Source: Phoronis australis
Taxonomy: Eukaryota > Animalia > Phoronida
Assembly (NCBI GenBank): GCA_002633005.1
Contig: NMRA01000030.1
Span: 253,190-317,189 of the forward strand
Direction: 5' to 3'
DNA length: 64,000 nt
The notes beneath the pieces are model-generated. The model was given only the letters and a program-made list of their open reading frames with translations, was not told the origin of the DNA and did not search any database. Positions 25,760-40,200 of this stretch are shown piece after piece; position 1 is the stretch's first letter; each line of letters starts with the position of its first letter. The translations under genes and the position numbers were made by a program.

Positions 25760-28170
25760 CTGAGGAACAATTGCAACAGGCAATTCACTGCGAGGAGAAG
25801 CTGCCCGTATCGCTATGAGAAATTCGACAGTGTCTAAGGAAGTATCGTCGCTAGAAAAGTGCTCCGAGCAGACTTTTACTCGACCAAAAAACACCAGGAC
25901 GAAGACATCGCAAAGTAGGAATGTAGACTGAAGGTTCTGTTAGGAAGAGCAGTCGAGCAAGGAGTTGTCCCAACGATGGAAACTGACGCAATGTTACGAC
26001 AAATTCTCTGGAGAGGTCGGAGCTGAAGGCAGTGGCTGGTCACGTGTTTGAAAAGGTGACATCTTTTGATGAGCTAAGAGTCGAGGTTTGGTGCCTGGAA
26101 AAGGAGATTACAGATAGAGGCAGAAGTGGAATGCCGGCCACTGCGAAAGCAGCCACCGAGAGCAAGTCTGAGATAGCTGCAGAATTGAAAGCGATGGTTA
26201 TGAAGCTGACTGAGGAAGTGACTGAATTAAAGTGGAAGGAAGATCAGAGATGGAACAATGATAACTCTAGAAGGCAAAGTATAGGAGACAAAGGCGTGGT
26301 GTAGATGGTGGAATGGTTTGTTGGGTGTGTCGCCAGCCTGGCCATTACAGAAGAGAATACCCTTTAAACGAGAGGAGATCCAGGATGAGGAGCAATCCTT
26401 GGGTGTAAACGGACATCCTCAATCAAACATAATACTAACTTCAGAGCTCGTGGTAAAAGCCGCAGAAACGTAAGTTGTGACCAGTGGTAGGGACACCAAT
26501 GCTTTACTGGATACTGGAAATACAATGTCAACGGTAGCATTTTCCTTTAAATAACAAGTATCGTGGTGGAATGAAACCTGTGGAACAATTATTGAACTTT
26601 GAGTGTGCTGATGGCAACTCTACCGTATTTTAGGTTTTTCGAGCAGATGTGGTCGTAAGTGGGTTACCTCAGTGAAATTAACCGCTTGCTACTTGTAGTT
26701 GTTGACAGTGCTTATAATTCTTATGTACCCGTTTTGCTAGCTACTAACTGCCTCTACCCTATGATGGAGAGTTTGCAAGGGCCAGTATGGTGTGAGATAT
26801 CTTCAGACATCGAAGCTCAATCATCCTTGGTAAACGTACAGCTTTCAGATGTCCTTTACATGATCAGCAGATGGAAGAGAATCGTTTCCTCCTGGGTGTC
26901 AGAAGTGCACTGACTCGAAGAGTGGTGTTGAACCCGAATCGGCAGGTTGCTATTAAAGCTCATTATAGCGTTCTGTCGTTCAGTAACTTTTCCACACGTG
27001 AGGGGTGCTGAACGTGCGATAACATCTGGCTCGTTTGTTAACTGCCCAGCTCAGTCTTTTGTCCCGTATGATAACAAGCAGGCCAATCATCTCCCAGGCT
27101 TCAAAGGAAACGAGTGCGTTGGTAATCCGTTTGGACAGAATAGATTGTCTTAACTGTAGTTGGACGATTTTGGTGATTCAAAAACGGAACATGATCAGCA
27201 TTTGACGAGGAATTCAGAAATGCTATTGGGTTAAGCTCAAATATGTTATAACTTAAGTTCCATTTTTATCAGCCCAGCCCAGTCAGGCTAGATACGACCC
27301 GATCGGAGATTAGAGCAATTATCGAACAAAAGAGCACATGCCCTCCAACTATAAATGCCAGAATGAAGTTAATCAGTCGTGTAAGATATTGGCTACGGGG
27401 GTAAACTTCCCAACTTGTTGTTGGGCTATAGAATCGAACAAGTTGGGAGCAACGGGATGTCGCCGTCATGTACTGTTGTTAATCATTTGCCATCTCCCAC
27501 TACGCTTGTAGCAGTCTTCGTCAGCTGCAGATAGTCCTGGCCTTGATATTGCACCGAGATTAATAAGTTATGATTTCCGAACAGTTGCTAATGTTACAGC
27601 AAGAACTATCGCAATTCCTAGACATTTTGTGTGAATTCAGTACAGCCCGTGACTTTGGGAAGACAGGGGTGATCAGGGCGACTTTGATTCGTTGCTTAAC
27701 CGTATTCATATCATCGGCTCTAGTCTCATCTAAGATAAGCATGAACAGTGCACTGATCTCTTACGGGAATTTCACGACGTCTTTACTAGAGGGTGTGAAG
27801 ATTCGTCACTGCAGCCCAGTGCCGGAAACATCGCATAGGTTTCAAAGATGAAATTCCATTCAAGCAGCGTACGAGACACATCAAATCCATCTATGAACGA
27901 TGAAGTGAGAAGCTATATATATTTACAGCAGCTGTTGGCGGCTCATATCACTCGAAAGTCTAGGAGTCCATGGTCGAGTAACGTTGTTCTAATAAGAAAG
28001 AAAGATGGTAAGTTGCAACTATCACGGATTCTTACGCGTTACCTCGGATGGAAGAGATTTTGGACGGTTTAAGTGGATCGACGTATTTCTCAGTACTGGA
28101 TATGAAATCTGGGTATCACCATATCGAAACCGAAGAAAAACATAAAGAGCGTACTGCGTTTGCTTTCACC
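25760..28170 (+). mobile_element. Degenerate Ty3/Gypsy LTR retrotransposon internal region (gag-protease-RT)
   Basis: PNMA-like gag remnants (FYSTK..DEDIA..CRL), decayed zinc knuckle VCWVCRQPGHYRREY (~26316-26365), protease ALLDTG (~26501), RT SPWSSNVVLIRKKDG and YFSVLDMKSGYHHIE...ERTAF. Confidence 0.85.
26961..27470. mobile_element. Second copy of the 2608-3159 element, inserted into the Gypsy remnant
   Basis: Same termini (CATTATAGCG...CGCCGTCATG) and internal sequence. Confidence 0.85.
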
Positions 28171-28329
28171 TATGTATTGATGGGTGGCGTCCTGACGCAA
28201 GACTTCTTGCCAGTGGGGTTAGGGTCCTAATTGCGTGAACCAACTTTTCCCGGATCGGGTGTTGGTCGTTTGAAAAAAGTCTTAACCCCATGTGATTCAT
28301 CTTGAGCTGACAAGAAGTCTTGTGTTGTC

Positions 28330-28720
28330 ATGCCATTTGTTGTGCAAGGAGGACGCACTCTACTACGCGCAAGGGTGAGGGAACGCGCCAAACTGGACAG
28401 ACCCACAGGCCGCGTAGGGGAACACATCCTCAACACTGGACACACCATTGACAAGTGTAACGCCAGAATCCTTTGCCAGAGAAGAACACTGGTGCTCAAG
28501 AAAGGTCAAGAAGGCTGTCTACATTAAAATCAGATGCCCCAACTTGAACAGAGATTAAAGGGTTACAGCTCCCTTCTCATTCAAAAACCAGGTCAACCTT
28601 ACGCTTGAAATCCAGTCACGTGAACAAGTCCTTTAGACTCAGGGCGGAAACGTCTGACTCACCAGACTTTTATGCTTTCTAGTGAGTGGTTTATTCAATT
28701 AACAATTTGTTGTGAAAGAA
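28330..28720 (+). mobile_element. Penelope-like element 3' fragment (GIY-YIG endonuclease C-terminal part and pLTR)
   Basis: RTLLRARVRE...VGEHILNTGHTID...RIL, then a frameshifted RKVKKAVYIK...LNRD, characteristic of PLE GIY-YIG ends. Confidence 0.65.
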
Positions 28721-30424
28721 CACTTGACTGAGAACCGTGGAAAAAGAAACTGGCCAATAGGTGACGCTCTATTTTATGATCCTTAAAGTCGACCCCTATG
28801 ATTTCTCCACAAATTTAAGCAGCTGCCGGTTGAATAGCAATTTTTTATCACCACTAGCTAATTTCATTTATCAAAGAAAGGGTGTACTTAACGACATCAA
28901 TTTTTGTCAGACCTTATTTGGCAAGCATTTTACATAGCAACATATTTGTAGACCAGGACCTGCTTTCTGAGGGGTTTTGTGGCCGTGGGGACCAACTAGT
29001 GAACCCAGAGTTTGTTTGCCATTTGTTATTTAGGAATCAGTGGCATGTACTGTCATGTGAAATCCTTTTGTGTACATCGAATGTTTTGAAATAGCTCAAA
29101 CGTTTTGGGGTCCTGTTTGTTTCTGGTGAGACCTACTCAATTAAGAATTATCTGTCGGTGGAGTTTGTCATTCGATTGGTGCTCAGTGTTGCCCGACTGT
29201 TCATTTTAAAAAAGTTTTACCCGGTATCCTGAACAATACCTAACACAGTTCAGTTTTGGCCCACCCATATAAGGCTCTCAAGGACACAGCCAGAGTCGCC
29301 GGGCCAGCAAGAGTGACTACAGTCCCTCAGCCCGGTGTAATTGCACAAAACATAATATAATTCCAATGTTTCAACACAAATTAATAACTACCAAAATATC
29401 TTGCTTGAAATTAATTCTAAGAAGATAGTTTCCGAATCTCAAGGCAGACTGGTTCAGCTAAAATGCACCAAACGATACCCTTTCAACGTAACGCCGTTTT
29501 TAGTATACATATAAATATAAAAGTGACTTTTAATCAATGTTTTGAGTTTCTCTTAGTACATCGAGTGGTCGGCCAAGTTGGCTGACACTGAATTTCACTT
29601 TTTACTTAAGCACGAAAAATGATAGCAAAAAGAACAGCACTACATATTGTGCAGTAATTTTAACAATCAAACGGATACTAACTTGATGAATTAGTTTACT
29701 TTCCCGGCAGTGCCTTTTCAAGCTCCAGCCATCCATATAAAGATAGGTTTAGGCTTACTGTAGAACGTGCTCATACTTGTAAATTTGAAGCAATGCTCAA
29801 GAAGCTATGCTGCTATATTTACTCCAGACATGCCCATCCTCTTTGCTTTGTAGACGCTATTGCATGTAGGTGGTTGGCCAAATATTCTTATTGATCATGT
29901 GAAGCTGTCTAAAAACGTGGTTTACACCAGAGGGCGCTTTTGGTTAGACAGTTTTTGGTAACCTCTCGTTTTCAAGTTTGAGAGACAATTAACAAGTGAG
30001 GTACCAAAGGATTTCCAAGTTTTGAAGTCATAACTGGGCTATGGTTGACATGTTTTATGGAGCTTTTTACATTGGATTGAAAGTTTTGCAACACAGCTCA
30101 GAACAGCTTGGTCATAGGCTAAACTTTATCCTATGTGTAACCATAGACTATGGTGTAACTTATCAAGAGCCTGTTAATAGTCTAAACGTATGTATATAGT
30201 GTATATGTATGTAAATAATGTGAACCTAGGTAAGAAGTGTAAGCCTATGTAAAGAGTGTAACCTAATGTTAGAAGTTATTAAAAAAACTTCAAGTGTTTT
30301 GCACTTAGTTTTTACGTTACCATAAAAATGAGGGTGTTAAATAATTGATGAGAAAATTGTACTTCTTGAGCATGAACATAGACAGATGGCAGAACATTAG
30401 TTGTATTTGGTTTACGTCATGACT

Positions 30425-33400
30425 TTTATTAAAACAGAACAAATCTAAAAGTATAAGATAAAAAGTGAGAACAATTATAACAACAGCTAGTTAACACCAA
30501 CCTGGCTCCAACCAGCATTGACTGAAATATTCATTATTTCACATAATGTCACCTTTACCATAACTATCAACAGTTTCAAAAGCATACAAAATATGTGAAG
30601 ATATACACTTTTGTGACTTTATAAAAATGTCAAAATGAACAAACCGAAGGCAAGTTAACATGCTATTAGAAATTTTCTTAATATGAAGGTCAGAAAAGGT
30701 GTTTTGAATGAGTTTGAAAATGTTGATAATTAGGGAAGATGCCTTGTGAAACCAAAAAACAACACATACCACTTCAAGCTTATTGAACCGCCCAGATACT
30801 TAGAATAAACGCCAAAATAAAATCATTTCTTAATCTATAATGTATCAAAAAAGATTAAGAGTGTTGATGTCATTGACTTGTTCAAACTAGACTGCATATA
30901 CCGGTATTATTTACAACAGACAGAACCATACAATTATATATATATATATCTCAGACAATTTTCCCAACATAACCTTGCAGCATAATGCAAATGAAACAAA
31001 AATACACCTCCCAGTCAAATTGTAGGTACAACAAATAAAATAACAAATAAACAAATACATAAAGCATTTCAACCTTGCAGGAGGCAAGAAAAAGGGAGAT
31101 TTTTTCACACTACAGACGGCATGTGTTTATAAAAACAAAATACCATCAATAACATTCAGCTCTCCTTTTCATAAATAAACCTCAATTTATAAAAACAATT
31201 TACTTAGTTCTGGTCAGAAAATGTACACATTTCAGAGAAAATTTTTACCTTATTTGAGGTTTTTCACAATTTTCACAACAAGAATGAACCTTGACAAGAA
31301 TTCTTTGGCACTTAAAAAAACACTCTGGAAGCACAATGGTTGTATGAAGCCAATGAAAGATGATGAGAAAGGCCAATTACTCATTCAAGCAAGCAATTGT
31401 ATCTCACACACATTGTATCTCATACACATTGTATCTCGTGCACACACTACAAACTATTATGCAGAATGCAAGGTCACACATTCTGGTGTGAGAGACTGCT
31501 AACATCCAAAGAGGGATTTGTAACAGAGTTATAAGGATAAAAATAATGAAAGAGCTCCCACACTATAACATTTGTTACAATAACGTCATTATACCAGATT
31601 GTCCAATCACTTTGCTACTCTACATTGTCATGGTTTGATTCTGTACTTAAAGCCTATGCAAACTGTGAATGTTGTAAGAACTTTATTGACCAATCACTGC
31701 CATCAAACAGATGTTAGGGTATTATTGTTATTGTTATTATTACAGACAACATTCAGTAGCATTATTTTGACATCAATAAAAATATGACCACTAACCAAAT
31801 GCAAAAATTAAGCTTGAATGAGACATTGGTCCAAAATACAAGACAAGATAAAGTTAGAAGTTCTTGTAGAGGTAGTAGTTAATCCCCTTAGAAGCCCAAG
31901 TCATAAAACTTGGAAAGTCAGCATTGTAAAGGCAAGCCAAAATCTAAGATTTCATACTCACAAACCACTCTATTGATTTACCCCTTACTTAGTCTCTGCG
32001 TTTGTTGACTGATGTTGACCTATCCTGTATGTGAATAAATAGCACAGTCATTTAATCCTAGTCCGTTGTTTTTGGATGCTTTTATCATTTTAATTGTGTC
32101 CTTGACAATGAACGAATGAATGTCTCAATGCCTGGAATGAATTAATTAATATTGACTCTATGTGTTTTACACTTGTCTATGTCTACAATGCCAAAGTTGC
32201 AAAACGGATTAAATAAAAAGGTTTCATTTCGTCTCTTTGAATGCAACAAACTCAAGATGTTACACAACACTTCCTGTCAGCCATAAAACACTACAAGTTA
32301 CAATTCCCTCTAATCAGCTTAATTACCGATCACAAACAGTGTCAGAGATGAATGTCCTTCATTAATTACTTCTCATTCATGTCTGCTGACTTGAGACATG
32401 GTCAAGTTGTTTTATGGCAGCAAACATTTTTACCATGGCCTTGTCATCTGCTGGACCTGGTCAGCGCAGCACTAAATAAATAGGGGGCTATAACCCTCCT
32501 CCCCTCAGTGCCCTTTGGTGGGCCGCCCATACTGGACTTTAATTACAGAACAAAACTGAGAAGTGGCCGCCGAGGTATACCATCCTGATTACAACTGGCA
32601 AGGTGTCACAGTGGCATAAAAGTTATTTATTCCAAACTTAATCCAAAATAACATTACGAATACTTTCACCTAAACAATAACTACTCACAGCTTGATAAAC
32701 CCTAATTAATGTACCGACAGTGAATGCATTATATACAAGTCATCTGATTACTTTTTAAGCCCATTTCTCTCAATCAGAGTTCCAAGTGGCTGCTACACAA
32801 AAACTTCAAAAATTTCTTCCATTCTAAATTTGGAGATCATTCCGTAGACCTAGCATGCTCAGAAGCTAACTAAGGTTATCCTGACAAATGAGGTTGGATT
32901 GTGGAATTCTTTTCTTTAAGGTTATGTATGGCCTTATCAACAAGTGTATGTATGTAGCCAAACAACTTTTTACAGCTTTAATTAGTTAAAGTAATTCTTC
33001 ATCTATTTAGTGTAATATGACAGAAATGAAAATTTTATTTTATCTAACATTTTCAGAAAGTAGAGAAGTTTAAATATTTGATTTTTGATTTTAATCACTA
33101 CAATCTGTGGTTAATTGGGTCATGTAAAATTTAGTGTCATGTAAATGTCAACGTAAAATCTCATTAACACTGTTACAGGTTTCTAAATTATCATTTCATT
33201 TTCATTTTTACGCAAATTTTTACTTCATCCATTTTTGGTGGCCCTTTGTACAAAACAAAACAACTGCATTGCCTTGGGGAAAACAGTGCATAATGCATAT
33301 TATTTGAAAATTTCATATGAATCCGATCAGCCTTTTCTGAGAGATGATGATCCGAAATTACACATATTTGGACAATTTTCTTGGTTCCTACATGTTAACA

Positions 33401-34076
33401 TTACGTGAAGAATTTCCATGCAAATGTTTTGCAGACAACTAAACTCATCTTTCATCAACTCTAGCCATTACAACTTTAGTATTGCACCCATGAGGCTAAG
33501 GTTGGAATTGTGTGTTGGTGGCCAGACTATCGCATACTGCATGATACTCAGTCATGACTTGAGTACATCAAGGGACATGAATGTAGTGGCCAGACTATCG
33601 CATACTGCGTGGTACTCAGTCATGACTAGAGTACATAAAGGTATATGAATGTAGTGAGAACATGAAAGGACCTTCAAGAACGTAAACCTGAGCACACGTC
33701 AAACTACTGTCTTTTACTACTTTTTCTTGGAATTGAAACAGGTTTAAAACAGGGTTAAGCTCACAGTTTCTAACTACAGCATGAAATATAAGCTAAAACA
33801 TTTCCAGACAACAAAAAATCCAAAACAGATCAATGAAGGAATATTGGGTATAAAAGTGTCACAAATCAATCACTGGATTGCTTGGTATCAATCACTAATC
33901 ATATTATTCTAGTCTTTTCCAAGGAGAATCTACAATTAGTTAATCAGCTTATTTCATGATATCTATGTTTAGGCCATACATCAGAAGGATATGTCCTTTT
34001 AGAATGAAATGGTAAAAAATGTATGACTTTAAATAAAACAGGCTCTTGAGGTGTAGTTAAAACCTTCACTTTAGTT
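30425..34076 (-). other. Probable long 3' UTR of FAM177A1, with a candidate polyA signal AATAAA at 30430-30425
   Basis: Largely unique sequence, U-rich on the minus strand, downstream of the stop. Other AATAAA candidates exist (e.g. near 31682 and 32626), so the true 3' end is uncertain. Confidence 0.4.
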
Positions 34077-34262
34077 TCACCAACTTGTCGTGGACTCAGC
34101 AGTGACCCCTGGTGGCACACTCTTCTTCGTTTCCAGCTCTTCGGTGGATACATCAACACACTTCACCGCTTCATCACTGTCAATCATTCCCAGTTCGTTA
34201 GCAACCACTTGCAGTTCTTCCTCCTTTTTCTCTTCCAGTCTCTGCCTCTCCTCTTCCTCCTC
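34077..34262 (-). CDS. FAM177A1: FAM177A1 last coding exon
   Basis: ttttacag acceptor; Glu-rich EEEEERQRLEEKK continues KKE as in FAM177A1; TGA stop at 34079-34077. Confidence 0.85.
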   Translation of the reverse strand, partial: EEEEERQRLEEKKEEELQVVANELGMIDSDEAVKCVDVSTEELETKKSVPPGVTAESTTSW

Positions 34263-37200
34263 CTGTAAAAACAAGAATAACAGTATTAATAACAAGAGCA
34301 AAGCAAATTATTGAAGTGAGCTCATGACTGCACCACAAACAGTATTCATCTAGTGGTGTTCATTAGTATCATAATATATAAAATAACAAGAGCATGCACC
34401 ACAGAAGCAAAGGATGGTTATTATTTTCAACATTCCCACTACTAAGAGAAATACTAAAAGAGAAAAGCAAGCCAGCAATCCTCTCAATAGGAAGACACCA
34501 GCCAGCTTTCATCATGATTCTTCAAGAAGTTTTGAAAGATAGGGAGATGAACGACAACCAACAGTCAGACACAAAAATCATAAAAGGACCGCAAGTCAAA
34601 TATGTCTGAAAAGGGGCAAATGTTTTTGCCTACGTGACATTTAACTTATTTGAACATCCATCAAGGAAGCTGGTAGATACCAAGGCTAACAAAAAGAAAA
34701 CCAAAATCGCCACTAGGGGATTTCACCATAGTCTGATTTGTCCCTAAGTGCTCGTATTTCCAAATACCAAATTTCAGATTTATCAAGAAACTTAGTAGAT
34801 ATTGATGCAAAGGCAAATAACAAAATTGCCACCAAGGGGTGCTACAGTAATTGGATCCCTCCAAAAATCATCAACACCCCTGCCCTTCCAGTAGGAACAC
34901 AAACTTCGGTCAATTTTCATAATGATGAGTGGTTTGGTGGAAGCAAAAAGTTAAACTCAATAATAATATAAATGCCTACTAGGTGGTGTACAATAGGTCA
35001 TATCCATCCAAACATGGGAAGGTGTCACTATCTCCTTGATCACCTAATTGCCAAATTTTGTAAAAATTCACCAAGAAACTCCAAATACACAGAGGAAACG
35101 TAAAAAGCTAAAACTGCCACAAGGACCCACAACAGCAGTCAGATTTGTCTGCAAGTCGACATCATCCATTGCCATGTTCCAATTTTCATTCATCGATTCT
35201 TTGAGCAGTTTGCCTGATAGAGAATTGGACACACAAAACAGACTGAAAAACATCAAAAATGTCCACTAGATGGTGTAAAATACATTGCATCCATCCAAAA
35301 ACAGAAAGGCATTGCTGTCTCCTGTTGGTCAAATATCATAAAAATTTGTCAAAGAACTCCAATGATACAGCAAACGATATAAAATGTGTCTCAACATGTT
35401 CCTTACTCAGATGAGAAGTGATTACGGGGCTTAAAAAGGACCGACAGCTCCACAAAGACAACGCTGGGCATACAAGACAACTTGTAGGCTATGGATGGTC
35501 TCAAGCATTATTCAACTGTCAGTTGTTCGTAAGCCCAGAAATCATTGACTTTGGAAAATATTGAAGAGATTTCATTATGTACAGTAAATTGGCTTAAATC
35601 AAAAGTTGGCTTTCATGATGGAAGTTGTTACTGATACTACCAACTAATTATGTTAGGACATGTTGTTCATCAAAAATAGTAACACTAATAGCAATGTAGC
35701 ATAGCAACCTCTGGGCTCTTGTTTCATGAACACTATACTTCATGAACACTATACTTCCGCATCACATTAAAATTAACAAATAGTGCCTCTGGCATCATGA
35801 CTAAACACAATTAATACCAAGAAAAAAAGAAATGAAACAGTCATCAGTAATTATACAGCAGAGTAGTTGGGCATCCATTTTCATGACACAATCGGTAGTT
35901 GTACACGTATAAAAAACAAAAAGGCGCAAGTACATTGCGCACCCTGTGCACATCTTTTAAAACACTACACTCTTCCAAAAATGCAAGATTCTAGCCAATT
36001 TATGGCCAGTCGGGTAATATATAGGTTGTAGGTTTCATTACAATGAGACTAAGTTAACAGGTCGTTTAGGTTTTCCAATATTTGACCGTTAAATTACCAT
36101 TCCTATATACAAATGACAACGCGTCGCTCGGCTACAGCTGCAGCCTTGACATTAAATTATCGATTGCCCTTGGGGTTTCTGTTTCATGTGTTACCACTTT
36201 AATTACACTAAGACTGCTGGGCATAACTTTGTGAAAAAGGGCACACTTTTTATCATCAGGTGCAACCAAAGGGCACAGGTTGAAATTTAGTCAGGAATAT
36301 TTCTGGTTATATATAAGTTGTAATAGTACAAACACTCCACATATCATTTATTATCTTACCCATACATGTATGGAGCTCAGTTTGGTTGTTAAATTGCCTA
36401 GTCCATGACCTGTCTAGTGAATCCAGTACATGTGTTGTCATGGTAAGTATCTGATCTAGCCAGAGATATGTGGCAAGAACAGGTAATCACTGCCACTGAT
36501 TGACTAACCATCCCCTAATGAAGTGAGTTTTTACCATAAGTTAGCATTTTATTTTAGTCACAACACTTAATCTACAAACAAGTTGGTATTTAGTTACAAA
36601 ACTTCTATAATCATTCATATTTAACACTCAATGTACCTCAGACAAAACACCAGTTTTGTCAAATCTTTCCAAATCAACCATTTTTTTACTTTTTTGAGAT
36701 GTATCGTACCATGAATCTGTTGGAATATACCTCCAGTATAAACCATGCATTAAGTGAAGGGAGTACAGCTTACAGCCCATCTATATCTGACTTTCAGCAC
36801 ATCTGTGTTCTTGTGTACGTACAACTTCCTTCTTTACATCTATGTTGTATACTAGAGATATGGTTTTGCGTACGTACTACTTACTTCTTTACATACAATG
36901 TTGTATAATAGAGATATGGGGCCTGTTCCAAGAAACTGACTTAAGTTCATTTTTGACTTAAGTTTAAGATTTGTCTTAACTTCCAAATTCTGAGACTTCC
37001 ACATTCGGTAAGTGAGTCAAAATTAAGACAAAACTTATGTCAAACACTTAAGTCAAACTTAAGATCTCTTTCTTGAATTGGTTTTGAGACAAATTTAAGT
37101 TTTATTTTAAAATTTACAAAAATTTAAAATTTGTCTTAGCTAAGTCAGTTTTGTTGGAACGGGTCCATGGTCCTTCTTTACAAATATGTTGTATACTAGA

Positions 37201-40200
37201 GATATGGTTTTGTGTACATACTACTTCCTTCTTTACATATATGTTGCATATTAGAGGTATGGTCTTGTGTACATAATACTTCCTTCTAGACAGGTATGTT
37301 GTATACTAGAGGTATGGTACTACGTACGTACTACTTTCTTCTTTTATATGTTGTATACTAGAGATATGGTCAAACAGATCCAAATGAGCTTCCATGCATA
37401 GCATGCACAACTGAACATAAAGTGCAATATATTTAATGTGCTAATTACAAATTATTCATAATTTGTGAGTCTAGGGAATTATAACCGATTCACTATTGGA
37501 GAGTTTATGGAATGTTAATGATTCACCTCTGGGAGTAGAGTTAATGTAAACAATATAACACTTACAAGTGAAAGTATACCATAAATAATTGATAGATTGT
37601 ATACATTTTAAAACACTCCATAGTGTTGTAACACTTGTGATACAGACATGTTGCTCATGAATGACCATCTTGTACATGACAATTCAACATGTGCCATGAT
37701 TCGCACAGTATGACTGACGACATTTCAGGTGACGCAACCTATGTAGAGGAAACGATTTTGTTACCAGAAGATTCTGACAATAACCGAACGAGAGCGCTCG
37801 GAGGAGCGACACCTGCCGAAATTAACCAAAAAGACAACGATGGTGAGGAGAAGGAGAACGACAATGATGACGATGAAGGCGGCGATTATGAACAATGCGA
37901 TAACACTCATGTGACTAGCGAAGAAATCAGTAAGAAATAGGCTGCAGTCTTGTTCAATAGCCGGTAAACTGACAACAGTGCGAGAGCACTTGGAGGAGCG
38001 ACACTTGGCGAAATTAACCGAAAAGACAACGATGGGGAGGAGCACGACGACGAAGATGACGATGAAGGCGGCGATTATTAACAACGCGATAACATTCATG
38101 TGACTAGCGAAAAAATCAGTAAGAAATAGACTGCAGTCTTGTTCAATAGTCGGTAAAGTGACAACAGTGCGAGTGTGCCCTGAAGAGCGACACCTAGCGA
38201 AATTAACCAAAAAGACGACGATGGAGATGATGACGATGATGATGGTTATGATGATGAAGGTGGCGAGTATGAACAACATGAAGACATTCATATGACTTGC
38301 AAAGATGTAAGAAATCAGTAAGAAATAGGCTACAGTCTCGAGCGACACTTGGCGAAGTTAACTGAACAGACGACGATGGAGATGACAATGATTATGATGA
38401 TAGTGGGGATTATGAACAACACGATAACATTGATATGACTACCAGAAATCAGTAAGAAATAGGCTACTGTCTTGTTAAATAGAAGCTATAAACCAACATC
38501 AGTGTAGCACCACCGGTCAACAAAGGAACAGTGCTATCAGAAAATCTCGAATAATTCAAAAAGTAGACGTCCTAGCGAAAAATTGAAAATATCTTCTGAA
38601 AGCCCGTTCAAACTCTAACTAACCTGGCAGTTTTGCAAAATTCCATAAACTTTTAGAAAAAATTGAAATTTCACATTTTTTTTGAAATTCAAAGTCAAAT
38701 AACTCGAAAACGGTAATTCTGAGAAAAACGTTATCACAGAACTTTTGAAAGAGCTACTTCAAGGAATCCACATGCAAAAATTCACGTCATTTGCTCTTCC
38801 CGTTAAAAATGCGACCACAGAACAATCAAAAATGGGAGAGAATGCGCCAGAGCCTCCATCTTGAAAGTGACTTCTAGTTAAACAAAATTTTATAATAGCC
38901 AATTAAAAGAAACAAACATGTGACGAGACTGAAAATGATTGATTCGCCAATGCGCCCTCTGCAAGAGAAAACGTTTTCAGCCAGATATCGAGATGGGCAT
39001 GTGCCATTGCCAATATTTCCGCCATTGCCAATATTTCCGCCATCTTTGGCCGGCAGTTAACGATTAACCGCACAGTTGTAGTACTTGTGTCCTATAATAA
39101 TCGTACCAAGTTTCAGCCCTTTACGTTGAAAAATGCGGCCTCTATGAGCATTTGAATCTGAAAGCGGAAACAAAATGGGTGCCACGTCCGCCATTTTGAA
39201 TTCGATCATGACCAAAAACAATAGGCTTCCAGGACTTTCACATCTACACGTCGTGCGAATTTCATGCGAATCGGACAAAAATTGCGTCCTGTAGAGTGCG
39301 AACAAAAAAAAACAAACTTGATGGCAGACCAACATACTTGTCGGAATTCGAAGAATTCCGCCAAGTAATAAAGACAAAGACCACACACCCAACTGATGGC
39401 GTTCAGAGGAATGTAATTCGACTGATCCGCTATCAAAGCATGCAATGTTTTAATCAACCAGTGCCAACTGACACACTGTTGTGATGTAGTGGAGATCAAG
39501 TAGCAAATTAAATGTGCATTTTAGAAATTTGATAATTACTTTAAATCTACTAATATAAAAAGGAAAAATCAACATTTGTTTACATCAAAGTGATATTGAT
39601 GGAAGTTTATCACTTATTAAAGGATACAACAGTGAACAACTTGTAATTTTGAGATGGGGACTTTAGTTTCAAAGAGAATTTTTAGCAAGAGATGGAAGGA
39701 CAAGGAAGTGATGAGGTTCTACGATTCATGAAATCCCTTATGGGTGCCAGGTATCGTGTCGGATTTGTGACTACACTGTTACACATACATATGATATAAA
39801 TTAAATTTTACAACAAAGTCTTAATTCTCTTGAGACAGAAGTATTGATGATAGTTATAGTTTCAAACAAGTGATAGTAAAAAACTAAACAGTTTGAGCAC
39901 TGTTGAAAATTAACATAGATTCAGGAGAGCACATACTAAGGTTGATATAAATCTAGGGGAGCACTCACTAAGGTTGATATACATCTAGGGTAGCACTCAC
40001 TAAGGTTGATATAGATCTAGGGGAGCACTCACTAAGGTTGATATAGACCCAGGGGAGCACTCATTAAGGTTGATATAGATCTCGGGGAGCATTCACTAAG
40101 GTTGATATAGATCCACGGGAACACTAACTAAGGTTGATATAGACCCAGGGGAGCACTCACTAAGGTTGATATAGATCTAGGGGAGCACACACTAAGGTTG

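Noticed and set aside
37761-38348. 195-aa hydrophobic minus-strand ORF (also 5083-5589) resembling a membrane protein
   Set aside because: Antisense reading of GAT/GAC-rich repeats inside a mobile element
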